Assembly (NCBI GenBank): GCA_051362555.1
Contig: CM120643.1
Coordinates: 29,516,848 to 29,580,847, forward strand
DNA length: 64,000 bases
Origin: Lingula anatina
Lineage: Eukaryota > Animalia > Brachiopoda
Direction: 5' to 3'
In this document: positions 12,101 to 25,800 of the stretch, one piece after another
Layout: each line of letters starts with the position of its first letter
Position numbering within the stretch: the first letter of the stretch is position 1
The notes under the pieces: model-generated
Told to the model about the DNA's origin: nothing
Database searches by the model: none
What the model saw: the letters and a program-made list of their open reading frames with translations, nothing else
Program-made: the position numbers and the translations under genes

Positions 12101-14865
12101 AAGTGGTTTCTACATGCATCATATACAATTACCTCTCCCCATTGTGAGAGCCCGTTACTTTGCGGTGGCTGGTAACTAGCATGGTCTACTGGCCAGTCCG
12201 ACCGGAAGTTGTCCGACCTGAAATCGTCAGTATAGCAACATGAATAAATACCACAATTAAGGAATCGAGAAAAACCCAACATATTTAAACAATCAAGAAA
12301 TCGGGAAAAGCCCAAAATATACAAATTCCTTTATCCCCCATTGCACAATCAGTTGTCCTCGTTTCTTGTTTGATATTATTAAGATTATCCTTGTGCTTTC
12401 GCCAAGTAATAAAAATATTGATCCACTAATGATATTTTTTTCAATCATTAAACAGTTCTTATCTTAATTACTTCCTTACCAAGGGGTATGGCAGTTATGT
12501 GTTAACGTCATGTAGCGGACGCCCAGACTGTAAAACATTCTCAATATTCCCAGGCTGCTGTCGATCATGTGACCACCTTCTAGACCAATCAGACTGCCTA
12601 TTTTACCAGCATTGAACGCATTCATAATTCCTGAAAATGTTAACGAAATATGCAAAATACCCACTCAGTGTTCTGTTTCATCAGGGGGTTTACAAAGGGT
12701 GATTCACTGGAAACAGGACGGTAGCACATGGTGTCTCAGTAAACAAAGCAGCTGAATTTCAGGGGCAGGGCGGGTTTTTTCTTCTCATTTTGGAGGGGGT
12801 TTTATAGACAGCTGTAATCAGACAGCACGAAGAGCGAATGGTGGGTGCACAGCAGGATCATAAAGGGGGATTTGCAGTCAAGCGCTTCTGGTATTATATA
12901 ATTCCCACTACTTACCATCAGCTGATGTCACGAACTGAAACGTGTCAGGATATTGGTTGACGAATCTCATAATGACGTCCATCTGCTCTAGAGCGTACCT
13001 TACAGCGTCTTTATACTGGGACGAGCATTGGCCATAACACGCCCAAAACTGAAAGAAACTGGACGTTAATACTGACAGAACAAAGATTGTGCTGAGGATG
13101 GACAAGTACTAAAACACTCGAACACTGAGCGAGGGAAATATAAAATATTAGATGAGGACACTCTTATTACATGGTCAGGCACTGGAGTGGAAAATCCGCT
13201 ACGTTTTATTGTACTTGTACAAAAATGTAATATTATGCTTGTTGCACAGATTTTGGGGATGGAAAGGGGAATGAGTGCCCATACTTGGACCACTGATTAA
13301 ACTTTAAAGCGAAAAATGTCGCGTCTTTTTTTTTCTCCACGCAAGGAAGTCATAGGGTGGGTTCACAATGAAGGTTGTTGATCTAGCTAATGCACATTAT
13401 GTCCACGGGGATTCTCGCTGAATGCAATCAGATTAACACATAACCTTGCATCCTCTTGTTCCCAATGTACTTGTATAATCACCAGTTTTTCTATATTTTA
13501 CTCAACACCAGGAGTAGACGTGTTAGTCAGTTTATCTTATTGCATTCTGCGAAAGTCCACGAGGAGATGGTGCGCATTAGTTACGTCAATAAAATTCATT
13601 GTGAATGCGGACCCATTCTTTCATCCTTTACTCGACCCCCTCAGCGAACAACTTGAGCCGCTTGTGAACGACTACTTTACTAGGTTGTCAGTAGGACGAA
13701 ATCTTTAACCACTTATGTACATGTACCAAAGGTTTACACAATTTGTCCTGAATATTTCTTAAAGGACCCTTGTTTGCAAACAATACTTCAACAATCAATT
13801 TCAAACAACTTACCTGAGCCCCAACTTTCCCAGACCGGAGACGCGGGATGTCTGTCTGTGGAATTTTAAAGGTGGTTTCAGTTAATCTCTGTCCAAGATT
13901 CACACTTTCCACTTGGTTGTCCATGAAAACCCTGTACTTGATAGGGAGGTCATTGTGGCTGGGAGAAGAAGAAAACTTGTCACCATGCTATAAAAGTTGT
14001 CCCTTCCTTGCATGCAGTACATACATCACAGTATAGTTTTCACTGTACATACCGTACCATGAAGTATTTGGTATACGCCCCATGTGTATGCGCCTTCTTA
14101 TTTTATATCCATACAATTGACAGACTTTTCCATAAAGAAACCTGTTTTGTTAAATCACTAATGAATAGTTCGTGCACCGTCATAAGTTGATAGAATTGTG
14201 GGTTTGTTTCTAGTGTTATAATAGACAGAGGAACAACACACAGGCGGTAAACAACGGCAGGATCAGTACAACTTTACAGACATGAATATATTTAATACAA
14301 GAAAGAAAAAGGCGACAATTTCATATATCATATTCTTTGTGTCTCTACCATCTCTGTTTAGCCATCTTGGCGTGGTTCACGTAGTTCATGTACACAAGTC
14401 AATATTTGGACTTCTCATTTCGTCCGTCAGAAACTTACGATCAATAAAGTGGAAGTCTGTTTATTCGTTTTATATACCCTGTACATCCCTTTAATTACAA
14501 GTAGCTAAGCAATGTTCAAGTTTCTTTTTAATCAACGTGCACGCCCACAAGTAAAGAGGGAAATGGGGCAGTCTGGTGTGCGTATTGGAGAGAGAGAGAG
14601 AGAGAGATGAGGGGGAAGAGATAGACAGAGATAATCATCACCCGTCGATCAGCGGCGTTTCAGCCAACACCTTATTCGCAAGTTCCACGGACGCCGCATC
14701 AGTTGACCTGGCGTTCATCCTCAGCGCCACGGGAACAGCGACCGCCACACCCACCAGTACTACCAGGATTGCTACGATCACAACTACCGCAATGGTTTTC
14801 TTTCTCCCCGCTTCACCAGAAAAGATCAGATTTGTTGTGCTCTGTGAGGAATGTCCCTGAGCCAT
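9132..14865 (-). CDS. DPEP1-like: Membrane (renal-type) dipeptidase, peptidase family M19, about 449 aa, N-terminal membrane anchor
   Basis: 10 coding exons: 14865-14642, 13958-13814, 13048-12916, 12630-12480, 12217-12133, 11677-11501, 11081-10985, 10648-10573, 10139-10004, 9257-9132 (1350 nt, in frame). Motifs [82 protein letters not shown]. An acceptor just before the ATG suggests an upstream exon. Confidence 0.93.
9541..9670. repeat. About 40-bp tandem repeat (3 units) in the last dipeptidase intron
   Basis: tagtaggctaatcttaagtca...aaaccacacag recurs at 9541, 9582 and 9622. Confidence 0.8.
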
Positions 14866-15377
14866 ACTGAGGTATAAATAATAATAATAATTATAATAAT
14901 AATAATTATAATGTGATATGTATCGATGTTATTTCCACCCCCTTTGGTTTGCTTGTTAGGATAGAAACTATGTCGAAAAATGCCACACATTTTCATGACA
15001 TTTTCAAAAAAAAAAAAAAAAGTAATATCTCCTAGATGTGTATGTTAAAATGCATTTGTTTCTGTTGACCTTTCTTAGCAATTGACCTTTCCTTGTCGGT
15101 GGTCTGCGCTATCGTAGTACTCACTGATTTAATCATACTGTTGTGTTTCTTTTTTTAACTGTTCGAAACACAATCGGTATGTAAAGTAAAACCAAATGCT
15201 GCCACCATCAGTCTTTATTTCTTCTTACGACTGAAATTTCTTGTGCAATTTAAATGTAAGCTAAGGCTGTAAATCTCTAACTGCATAACTCTAAAACTAA
15301 CTGTAAAACAACCGTCTTCTATCCCGTTCCTCTACACTTCTCAACACTCCTCAACTCTCTTCCCTGACTATTTGGCT

Positions 15378-15479
<102 letters not shown>

Positions 15480-17309
15480 ACAGAAGCTTAAGCGCATACA
15501 GCCCGCCCTGTTCTCCATTAGAAATTTGGATACCACTCAAATCTCCGCGGGGCAGAAATCTGGACAGAGTCCAAACCTGCGACCAGCAGAAATCTGGCTG
15601 TGAGCCAAATGTGTGTCCAGCAGAAAACCAAATCTGCGTCTCTGGCCTGGCTAGCACGTGCTACCGGCGCGTCAACCCCATGTCAAAAAACAATTACAGT
15701 CACTGAGATTGAGAACACAACAATAATTTATGTAGAAATTCCACGTTCTCTTAAGATAACCTACAAAATCCTTCAACATGTAGACGTTGATTTAGTGGCT
15801 ATAGTAATAAAGACAATAATGACTACGAGCATGGCATCTGCAACCAGTCGATCGCTTGACCGTCTCAATTTAACGTATTAGTATTAGTATTAATCTGACA
15901 CTGTAGCCCAAGAGCCCATGAGTACGCCCGCCTGTGTTATGTCAATACCGAAATATTAAAGCAGACACATTTAATTGTGCAATAAGTGTTTTAATCGAGC
16001 TAATGAATATGAGTCACTAAACGAAAGGATCTTTGACGGTTACCAATACCTGTAACCAACATAAACTATCCCCCCAAAAATGTATTACAATGGAAATGAG
16101 ATAAAAAAATTATACAGTGTATTTCCCACTCTGCGTTCGACATATTGTGGTGAATTAACCTCGTCTACCATTTCACATTTTCCACCCCCCTGCCCCCCCC
16201 CCCCCCCCCCCCCCCCCCACACACACACACTTCTCTCTCCACAAAGTTAAAGCTAACCCTTGCTTGCTGGATCCGCCAGTGCTTGCCGTACAAATCACCA
16301 AAATCACACGAAAAATCCTAATGTTGTTATTCCGTCTACACCAGTATTTCAGGATTTTGTCTTTACATAAGAACCGGTATTTAAATCTGACCTGACTTAG
16401 AGTAACAACAAAACACCCGCCAGGTGCTGTGTCAGATACAACGCACCTTTCACAATAGTATAATAGGAGAGGGAGTGTGATTGTTAATATGATTCCTTGA
16501 CCTAAAACGAATGAAAAATACACATCCCCCTCCCTCTCTCTCTCTCTCTCACACACGCATACGCGCAGGCGTGTGCACGTGTGTATTCTTAAAACACACA
16601 CACACACTCACACACACACCAGTACATTTATATACCGGTACAGTGTACATGAGCACCAAAATTGCACATTTTCGTAAAGGATGTATATTAACATTCAGCT
16701 GCATTCTTGGTCTCTGAATTAATAATTCTGTGTAGCATATTCTATGTTGAATATTCTATTTGTATCTCTATGTTCAAAATATTCAGCAGCTTTTGAGATT
16801 GAATAAAAACTTGAAATTTGGTTGTGCAGTATCTGGACTGTAAAATATTTCTATTCTGTTTTTCGGAACAACAACGCCCTTAGTGATCCGGGTATTAAAA
16901 ACATCAAGCAGCCTTTACGTACCTTGCAGTTTACCTCCCTCCTTTCAATAGGCCAAATGCCACAGCCACCCGTGCGTCTATGCTTAACAGTGAAGTCTTT
17001 GTTAAAAAAGTGCCCTTCAATCGGTTATGTACAGGTAAAACATTTATAATACAAGTAGAGATCTGCAAGGGGGGAACATGAATAAGTAAATATTTTACGA
17101 AATGTGGTCGCTTGGTAAATACAATGTGTTTGTCCTCGCGCGACTTTGCATAAAGGGTTTATCTTTCTCTCCCCCCAAACGAGACTACCGCGCAGTGTCA
17201 CATTTCAGGTAGCAGGGAGAGGGGTTAGGGCTGAGGTTGCCCTAAGACGTTTTCAAAAAAAAAAAAAAAAGAAATCTTTTGAGGTTGTTCATACTGTGAA
17301 ATGTTGGTC

Positions 17310-17359
<50 letters not shown>

Positions 17360-19128
17360 CATTAAAAATACCTTATTTTTTCTTCATTTAGGGTCCAGAT
17401 AAGTGCCAGTGACGACACAAATAACCAGACTGCCAGTTTTGTACCCCCTCCCCTCCCCCGTGCGCAAGCATTCTTCCCGTCCTACCCCCTGAATATGTTG
17501 ATCATTGTGTATTCTTGGTTCCATTATGTTTGTAGAGCTAATCAATGGCAGATTGTGTGCGAAGCATACTAAAAAGCGAGTTTATTCACCTCTGCCCTCG
17601 TCGCAAAACTATTTTTTATTATCCAGGTGGGATAATATCTTGATTTTTTAATATCCAGGTGGGATAATATCTTGATTTCACCAAATGAGTTTTTTTACTT
17701 GTCATTAACGATAGCTCATCTTTTTGATATATAAGATAAAAAAATACCTCGAGGCGTTTTATAAAAAAATGTTTTAAAATTAAATGAGAAAGTTATTGGC
17801 CCCATTCAGAATAGGGGAATAACTAGTCCGAGAGTCAAATTGGCGACCCACTACAAAGCTTGTCGTCTAATCCGCTAACATACACTGAATAGATATCCTG
17901 GCTTCCAATCTTACTAGCCCAGCCCCAGCAATAGACGGAGACGGCCAAACGTGTCGGCGCTATGGTCTGCCCGGGGCATATTGAATAACACAGGCAGCTG
18001 TCATTCTTCATGTGTACAATTATATAAAAGTAGGTCGATCTGTTCATTCTGCTGGTTCGAAAGAAACACCCGTACATTCGGGCTGGTATATATAGTCATC
18101 CAGAAATTACTTTAAAACTTTTATAAATTTTCCTGTCTTTTAACTCTGCCTTCCCCTCAAACTTTGACTTACAACTCTATCAAACTATGGATGTACATTG
18201 TGTATACCGGTGTCACGCTCTGTTTCTGCTTAAAGCTATATGGATATATTCAGTGATCTCAGTAAATTATTATTATTTTATCTACAACTTAAATTGGAGA
18301 TTAACTGACTCTTTATATTTTAAATCGAAGTACTTGCCATACATGTAGTCACCATACGACCTTAACAGTAACAGAAATGAATTGATTATAATATCAGATC
18401 TTTTTTTTTCAATATCACTGTAAAAGATGCAGTAGAGCCACTCAATTGTAGGTTGTTTTTCTTATAAATGATGTCCCGTAAAACATTAACCAGTAAACAA
18501 GTTCTGTACATCGCTCCCTCCCACAAATGGCTTTTTCACTGCAACGTGAGCAACAAAAATACACGTTTCGGCAAAACGATAAAAATCTGCTAAACCTCAA
18601 ATATCGCCCTCCCTTCTCCCCAAATAACAGGACAAAAAACAACCATGCGTATCTTGAAATAACGGCTATAAGGTCTGTACATGTACATTTTTTTAGTATT
18701 ACATAGTAGCTTTTCAGTAATATTGTAGAAGTTGCAGTAGAACCATTAACTGTAATGAGGGTGATTTTTTCTTACAAGCGATGCCCCAAGTAGACCAATT
18801 ACACATAAATAAGAAAAAAACATTGTTACCCTCTTAAACTTTTTATTACAACATAGCGTTACCAATGAAAATACACGTTTCGACAAAACACCAAAGTTTA
18901 AAAAATTAACATTCATGAATATCTAGAATTACTGGCTATAAGGTCCACACCAACATTAACTTGAATAAATGCCCTCAAATAATGTCGCTTAAGTAGATGA
19001 CCTTAAAAGCATTAACGCGTGACCAGGCCATGAAACATAGATCCCTATGTGGCAGGTCACAACGCTTTTGTGTATATATCGTCTGCGTACACTGCATATA
19101 GTGGCCGCAGACAGCTAGATCGAGAACG

Positions 19129-19424
19129 ATGTCTGCCGAAAAAATGTGGGGAAATCGTCCTTTCTGGGGAATAGGGAACGACTACGACCCTCTCTGGGAC
19201 TTGACGGAAGAGCAAAGGGAGATTCAGAAGAAGCTGATAGAGCTGTGTCGCACTACCTTGCGTACAAATGCTGTAAGTGTTGATGTGTGAAATTTACGCC
19301 ATGTCAATATGAAAGTTTGTGGGTTAAAATAGATGACGGCGTTTTCTCAAGACTATTTCCACTTCCAGGTAGGTACTGTACATTGGCTCGCGTGCGCGGG
19401 CACACACACACACACACACACATA

Positions 19425-19468
<44 letters not shown>

Positions 19469-19815
19469 ATAGGAATATTATCCCTTCATTACTTTGTAAT
19501 TAAGATCAGAAGAAACTTAAGAAAAACGTGTATACGTAAATGTCGAGACAACTTAATTTAACGGATATAACACCATGCTTATATTCAGGTTCGCCCAGTA
19601 AAATATAGAAGGTAGTGCTGCAGACCAAAGGCAGCAACAAGCAGTATATAGCCAAACAAGATGTCTAAATAGAGCGTCCAGGGTCCTATTTACTGACCAT
19701 TGAAGTAGGTCAAGGGGTTCAGTTTTAGTCAAGGGGTTCAGTTTTAGTCAAGGGGTTCAGCTTAAGGCGTGTTTCACAAATAATCTTTTCAAATAATCTA
19801 CGGCTATTCTGATGC

Positions 19816-19847
<32 letters not shown>

Positions 19848-22800
19848 GTGTGCGTGCTCTTTTTCACCCACACCAGTTAAACTACATTTAAACTATTGCA
19901 AATCAAGTTTTTTATGTTCCATATATTCCTCTCGAGCTGTGGTCCTTCGTCCAATTTTGCAACTCATTCGATCTAGTCCAGCACACGCTGGCATTCTTCC
20001 AAAATCTATATAACTACATGTATAACGAATATATTTACTGAAGCCGGGAAATACAGTGGTTCAAATAATTAATCAGTCGCATTTCAAATAATGATGTTAA
20101 CAACATCGTAGTTACTTTTTTCCAATGCTGCTTTTATTCCAAAAGTGATATTTTTTATTTCTCTCCCTTGGGCCTTTTGATTGTTAAGGACTTTAATTCC
20201 TTCATCTTTTTAATTTTCCAACCAACGATTTTATTATTTATCGTACTTAATTAATCAATTAACAAAATATTTGTTAATGGTTATTAATTTTTTGGGGGCG
20301 TAGGGGGCATTCCCAAAGTTAAAAGAACATGTATTTTACATGCATAGTAGTGTAAAGGCCAAGTCATGCATACTTTGTTGTTGCTTTTACAGGATATTTA
20401 ACGAACAAAAGTAAAACATTCGAAAATGAATAAGCATTAAATAATATGGCATGATGTCCTCTTATTAGATAATATCTGATGAGAAGTATACATTTCCAAG
20501 AGCCAACATGGACGCCCTGGCCTCGCTAGGCCTTCTGGGATTGATCATACCGAAGGAACTTGGCGGGCTGGGTGAAAACCACGTGTGTGCTGCTATGGTA
20601 ACGGAAACAATCGCCCGATACGGATGTCCCAGTACGGCAATGGTGTATTGTGAGTACTTGTGGTTATACCATGTTTCAGCCATGTTTTTGATAAACTAGG
20701 AAAATACTTTATATCACCGTTATGGTTGTATGTTCACGTGTCACATAATGATATGTAGATAATATATAAACGTTGAGTCCCAAATCCAAACAATGTTCAG
20801 TACACTGCGCAACATAAAAATATACGAAAAAAAGCTAAGGGTGTGTGTGTTTGTGGTTTTATTTCCTTTTTAAAATATGCCTGTGCCGCTATTTGCCTCA
20901 GGGACCCGTAAAATAAATAACAAGCAGATTCTCTATTTTCTTTACTTTCATTATAAAGAACTTAATACTAATTTCCATCAGGAAAACTAAGAAAAAAGTT
21001 TATTTAACATGCTGAACAGATTTTTAACTACCGGCAGCATAATGATTAACAAAATGTTATTTCTTTGAATTGTTTTTACTGTAGGTATGCACGTGGGTTC
21101 TTTAGCTGCACTGCTGCTGAGACATCACAACAACGATGCAGTGAAGGATGTTCTTCGTCGTGTGAATCGTGATAAACTAATTGGAACTCTGTCATACAGC
21201 GATCCAGCCACAGGTAAAGTCAGGACCGGGTTACTACCCATACTGTTGATTTTGAGAGTGCTCATAAATTGACATTCAGATGTGAAAAGTTTATGATTTA
21301 GTCGCGATGATTCCTTATTCCCGCCATTGCCCTTTCTTGTATGCTTCCCCGGTCCCGTGTTGAAAACTAGTCATGTCCTTATTGAAAAACTACCCAAAGG
21401 AGCTAGAAAAAATGACTCACACCGTTATATTCCAAAATTACAAAATATAATACATTCCAATGTCGAAAGAGCTTTATATGCTAACGTACCTTTCAGGCGG
21501 CCATTTTTGGTTTCCTCTCTCCTCCAAAAACCAGCAAGAGGCAGACGGTCAATTCCGACTCCTGAAGTATGCTTCCTGGACGACCAGTGCCGGTTTTGCG
21601 GACTTCTACGTCATACAGACCATCAGCCCTGGTTTTGGTGGAGACTATTCCAACTTGTCTGTGTTCTTAGTTTTCCCGGTAAGTGGGCATTGCCAAGTGG
21701 GGTGGGGGGCATATACATGGGCGGTTGATATATATTGCATAATCTATTCAATGTGCATTATGCAAGGCTGACACTTGCACGACTTTTGGCCCCGATTTTG
21801 GGAGGCTCCCACACTGTTCCCTACTAGTTCGCGCATAGTTCACGACGAGTTCACGACGAGCTAACGAATAGTTTACGAATGCGTGTCCACATTGACACGA
21901 ACTGGCACGACAAGTTCACGCATAGTATGCGCACTTCCCGCATTGGAACGACGAGTTTGCGCAATTCGGACGGTGTCGTGCCGCCTTGGGCACGCAATAT
22001 ACGTGGGCTGTTCGTGAACTATTCGTGGCAGCTCGTAGCAGTCGTGGCCACGATCAGTTTGCGCATAGTTCACGACCCGGTCGCGAAATTTTGTCTTGAC
22101 CAAAATTTTGAACATTTCAAAATTCTCGTCCATACATGGCACGCAGTCACTACGGGTTTACGCACGCTTCAAGGGTTAACGCTACGACTAGTTTGCGCAC
22201 TGGCACGACTCGAGTCGTGCCAATGCGTGCCACAGAATCGTGCAAGTGTCAGCCTTGCTTCACTGTGTATATTCGTGGCCGATGAGGCAAAATTCAGCGA
22301 TTCCCAGGGCATTTTTTTCTACGTAACCCCTTCTGCAACCCAAATTGTATGTCTTTATGTGTCACAAAGGTTTGAGCACGTGTTTGCAGAATCACCATAT
22401 GACTATGTATATTCTCATTTCTTTCTAATAATTTGTCCAGGATGAGATCCGTGCCCATACTGACGATTGGAAAGCACTTGGTCTCCATGGTAACCAGTCA
22501 GGTGTGCTGATAACAGAGGGCGTTCTGAAGCAGGACCGTCTCATTGGACCATTAGGTGCAGTATATCAAATAAGTGCCACAAGCTATTATATAGTCAAAC
22601 ACTTGTTACAGGTTTGTTTATCAGTCTGCATAATGTAGCGTCACTGAACATTAACAATCCTGTACATTTCAATATACAAAATATCAATTTGTTTTAAAAT
22701 TTAGAAATTATGGAAAGAAGCCTGGAGTTAATATAATTAACAAGAACGTAAACTAAGCCAGGATTATTTCTCTCAGGTGATGGAGCTGATTCCAACGACG

Positions 22801-25800
22801 AGACTGTGGACCCTTACTTCCTGTTGCTGTCGTCATCCTGTTGGTGCGGGATTGCTATGGGCTGCATTGACGTAGCCAAAAAACACGTGGTGGACAAACG
22901 TCACGCTGACACTGGATTACGCATTTGTGACTATCCGACCATTCAGGTAACGTACAGGTAGATACCCTGTAGAAGAAAAACGTTCAATATCATTTCACAC
23001 ATTAAAGTCTTTACATAAGGTGGTTATTTGTACTGCTGAAGTACTATAGTAGTAACAGCTCTAAACGGATTAAGACGGATTTCTAAGTTCAAATATGGTG
23101 ATAGAAGGAGCATTGGTATACTTATTAGTAGTGTTACGAAGATGAAATTTTAATTAAAAAATAAAGGTTGCTTAAAGTATATACCTGTAGTTCGACCTTG
23201 CATTTATGAAATTAGTCCATGAAATATTGGTTCAAGCCATTTATTTTAATTCGGTTATTGAAATGACAAATTTCGGCTTTATGTAACAACCGTTTGTTAA
23301 CGTTAATGGGGTCTGATCTACCTAATTTATAAACCATCTGTATCATCTTAGGATTACTTCGGCGAGAGCATAGCGTCTACGAACGCCTGTCGTTCTATGG
23401 TGTTCCACGTGGCACGAGGTTACGACAAAGTCACCAATAACAATGATTGGAGTATGCATAAAGATCTGACACTGAAACCAAGGTATGATATTGCAGTGTA
23501 GATGAGTTCGGTATTGGATATGTTGCTTACGTATTTGGTTACATGGTAGTTCTTTCGACTTTTAAATAAATAGCTATTCGTAGGTTCTTTGGGTTATCTA
23601 ATACTCGTTGATGGCAACTATAAACTAGTAAACTAGTAAATTTTTCAAATAAAGTACGACTCAAAGTAAATCCACATACCAAAGAATAAACGGAATTAAC
23701 CATCGGATCAGCCACAAACAGGCTTTAAACCATACCTTCACGTCAAACCGGCCTATTTATGTATCCCCCAGTCCGTTTAAGCCCACCATATGATATATGT
23801 TATAATGACGTATCGCTGCTGCACTTGCAATTGCATAACTATTCAAATGAGGGTTAAGGAATACGACCAGGTTATACATGTATATAGAAAAGAAATATAG
23901 CAGACAAAATCTGCTCAAATGAACCATTTCGAGAGATGAGAAAAGATACCCTTTGATATTTCTTCAAATCATATATTTAAAACTACCAGTATATATGTAT
24001 CAGTGCCAATGATTTGACATATCATCTATCTTCAGATAAAGTTATAATTGCAGAAAAAGGGTATTTTAATTTGACCGTGGCCATATGCAACGCTCAGAAC
24101 GTATTTAACTACCTATATACAAAAGGGCGAGCTTACGTCACCTGCTGAAAGTAAAAAGTTTCCATTTGATCCGAGTCCTACCAACGAAGCTTCTCTGGCC
24201 CCGTGGTAACTCTGTCGGCATGGATATGAGTAGACACCTATACGCGCGGGTTCGAATCCTAAGATATTCAACGTGATCTTTTTGGCTCAAAATAATTTCT
24301 AAAAATTCGTTTGAATACTATAAGAGGAAACTTGCACATAAGGAGGGTGGTAGGGTCAGTCACGGCGCAGTCAGTAGTGTGCTTCGTTGCAAAGTATACC
24401 ATGCCGTCAGCAAACCATGGTAACGCAAAGTCACGAGTTCAAATCCCAGGTGACGCATGTCAGCTTTACCACAACAACGAGCTGGTCCCACAATCGGAAA
24501 CGAATGCAGGCTCTCGGTTTTCCGAGCAAATTACCTTTTGCATAAAAATCTGGTATAGTTTAGAACTAGTGATTGATTTTGACAACAAATTATTGCTCGT
24601 CATCAAGTCTACGTCCTCAATTATATTTCTTTTCTCTTTGCTTTATATTCTTGAAAATGAAACTTAAGCGGGGATGGTCATTGATCTTGCTTATCAAATC
24701 TGTATTCATACAGTACCCGGGGGCAACTCCATGGTGGACTTATTGATACTAACAACTAACAATTTGTGAACCGCTTTGGCTCTATAACGTCACGGGTGGA
24801 GTCAAACGTAAACTCATTGTAAAACAAAATGATAATAACAGCGTCTGAAATAATCTAATTAGGAACGTTATGGGCAATCTTATATATAAAAAGTGACGTA
24901 ACTTGAATAGATCCGGTAGCTTTCCCGTTATAGCACCACGTCATACCACCTGTAATCTGCGGTCAGCAGAAAAAATGGGATCTTACAGGCGTAATTATTT
25001 GCCAAATATATTTTTTTCTCAAAATTGACTTCGTTGCAATTGTTTGATTTGAATGCGCGTCAGCGTAAACATATTTGAAGTGTGTTTTAGCGATTCTCTC
25101 TTCTAATGGGATTGCTAAAAATAATTCTGTCCCATTGGGCTCTTCAACGTCATTGGTGAAGCCAAACTAAATCTCAGCACATTCATTCCAATATAGCCCG
25201 GGCCGATTTCACAAAACGGCTAAATCCCTTAAATCGGTCCTTTTAGACCCAAGATTATTCCTAGGTCAGTACAAAATAATTCCAAAGTAGTATAATTTAA
25301 TCAATTTAGTGTTGATTTAAAACATAAACCAAACGTTTAAAAGCAGACACAATCTGTAAAACTATGCAGTTCCCTTTTTATTTGTAAACATGGACAAAAT
25401 TATTGGTCTGAAAGTCCATGCCATTTTTAAGCTTATATTCCGTTTTGGCAAAGTTGTACATTTAATGTAAAAATTTGCGTGGAAAACGGTCGCCTTGTAA
25501 TGTCAGCATGTATACATGTATTTTAATTAGGCGGAGGTAAAATCACCATATGAAATTTACTTTAGGTTTGGATTTTTACACTGGGGCTGGCAGCTGAAGT
25601 TCATGTCGGCTAAAAACGTGAATGAGGTTTCCGACACGATGTTGCATGTGTGTGGCGGGGCCGGGTACAAGACAGAGCTCGGTAAGATATTACGTTTTCC
25701 TTTATTAACACGGTGCGCTTTAACATGAGGTGATGAAATGCCAAAAGCTTTTAAGTTTTTAAAAGAGTCAAACGTTAGGACGGAAGGCTCTGCGTGTAGA

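Noticed and set aside
21879-22445. 188-aa ORF in intron 4 of copy B
   Set aside because: Lies mostly within a GC-rich MITE and shows no recognisable protein motif.
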